In this document: in pieces, positions 63,254 to 64,000 of the stretch
How the letters are laid out: every line of letters starts with the position of its first letter
Position numbering within the stretch: the first letter of the stretch is position 1
Notes under the pieces: generated by a model
The model's database searches: none
The model's input: only the letters and a program-made list of their open reading frames with translations
Told to the model about the DNA's origin: nothing
Assembly (NCBI GenBank): GCA_951406725.2
Contig: OX597829.1
Location: 32,116,001-32,180,000, forward strand
Direction of reading: 5' to 3'
DNA from: Octopus vulgaris
Taxonomy: Eukaryota
Length of the DNA: 64,000 bases
Made by a program: the position numbers and the translations under genes

Positions 63254-64000
63254 ATATCATATAGTATAGTACCAGATGTCATTGCATTAATAACATACAT
63301 TATAATAACACTGCACTATTACCACTCTATATGATAGTATTCCACACTACATTAATTTAGCACACGATACTAATAATGTATACCGAACCACATTGTTCTG
63401 AACTACACTTTATTTAAAATGAATGCTACAATACTGCACTAAATAAATCATGTACAATTCAGCCATGACCATCTTATTGTAATATTTCCAGACTGTTTTT
63501 TTCAAAGATGGCAAAATATAATTTGAGAGAAATTTGGTTACTATATCTTGTAAGTAGGCAACCATGTAAGGGCTCTTTCTATCAGTGGTGCATTTTCAAC
63601 AGAGATGTTGTTGTTGTTGCTAAGCCCTGGGTCAAATCTCAGAAACACAATAAAAAGGCAATGCAATCATGATCATCATGTCTTTTCTTTTTTAAAGGCA
63701 TGACTGACTACATAATCTAACGTATCTTTTCTTTATTCAAGATGGTTTTGAGTACATTTAGCTGCTATATCTAGCACAATGAATGACCACACAATTTCAT
63801 CCCTGGTTCAAAGAAGGAAAATATTTCAATGTCCTATATTAATGCTGTGTGATACAGCAATATAGCACAGTGTACTATATTACATTGGAGTTATTATTTA
63901 GCCCCAGGTCAGCCTGGACACTCTCAACACAGCTAAAATGAAAAACATTCTAAAAATAACCAACCCATTTTTTTTTTTTTTGTCAGGTACCATGAATGAA

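Overview
AT-rich, microsatellite- and transposon-dense animal DNA, most likely a cephalopod (Octopus-like). That assignment is inferred from the SINE families and a cox3 NUMT that reads in the invertebrate mitochondrial code. The only host gene I can support is six minus-strand, phase-compatible GT-AG exons (32874 to 6880) encoding about 178 aa of an AtuA/DUF1446 (acyclic terpene utilisation) family protein; its first and downstream exons appear to lie outside the window. The rest is intronic or upstream repeat: tRNA-derived SINEs, mariner elements and MITEs, piggyBac-like MITEs, two Helitrons, a near-complete hAT transposon, a Penelope-like retroelement with an inverted pseudo-LTR, RTE/CR1/L1-Tx1/R4-Dong LINE remnants, a U6 pseudogene and a cox3 NUMT. 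The most interesting signals are a repeated hairpin-plus-H-type-pseudoknot module arrayed inside one retroelement family, a type-I hammerhead ribozyme in the Penelope pLTR, a U6-retroelement chimera, and the spliced AtuA-like gene. All alignments and folds were done by eye, and repeat boundaries are approximate unless a TSD is quoted.
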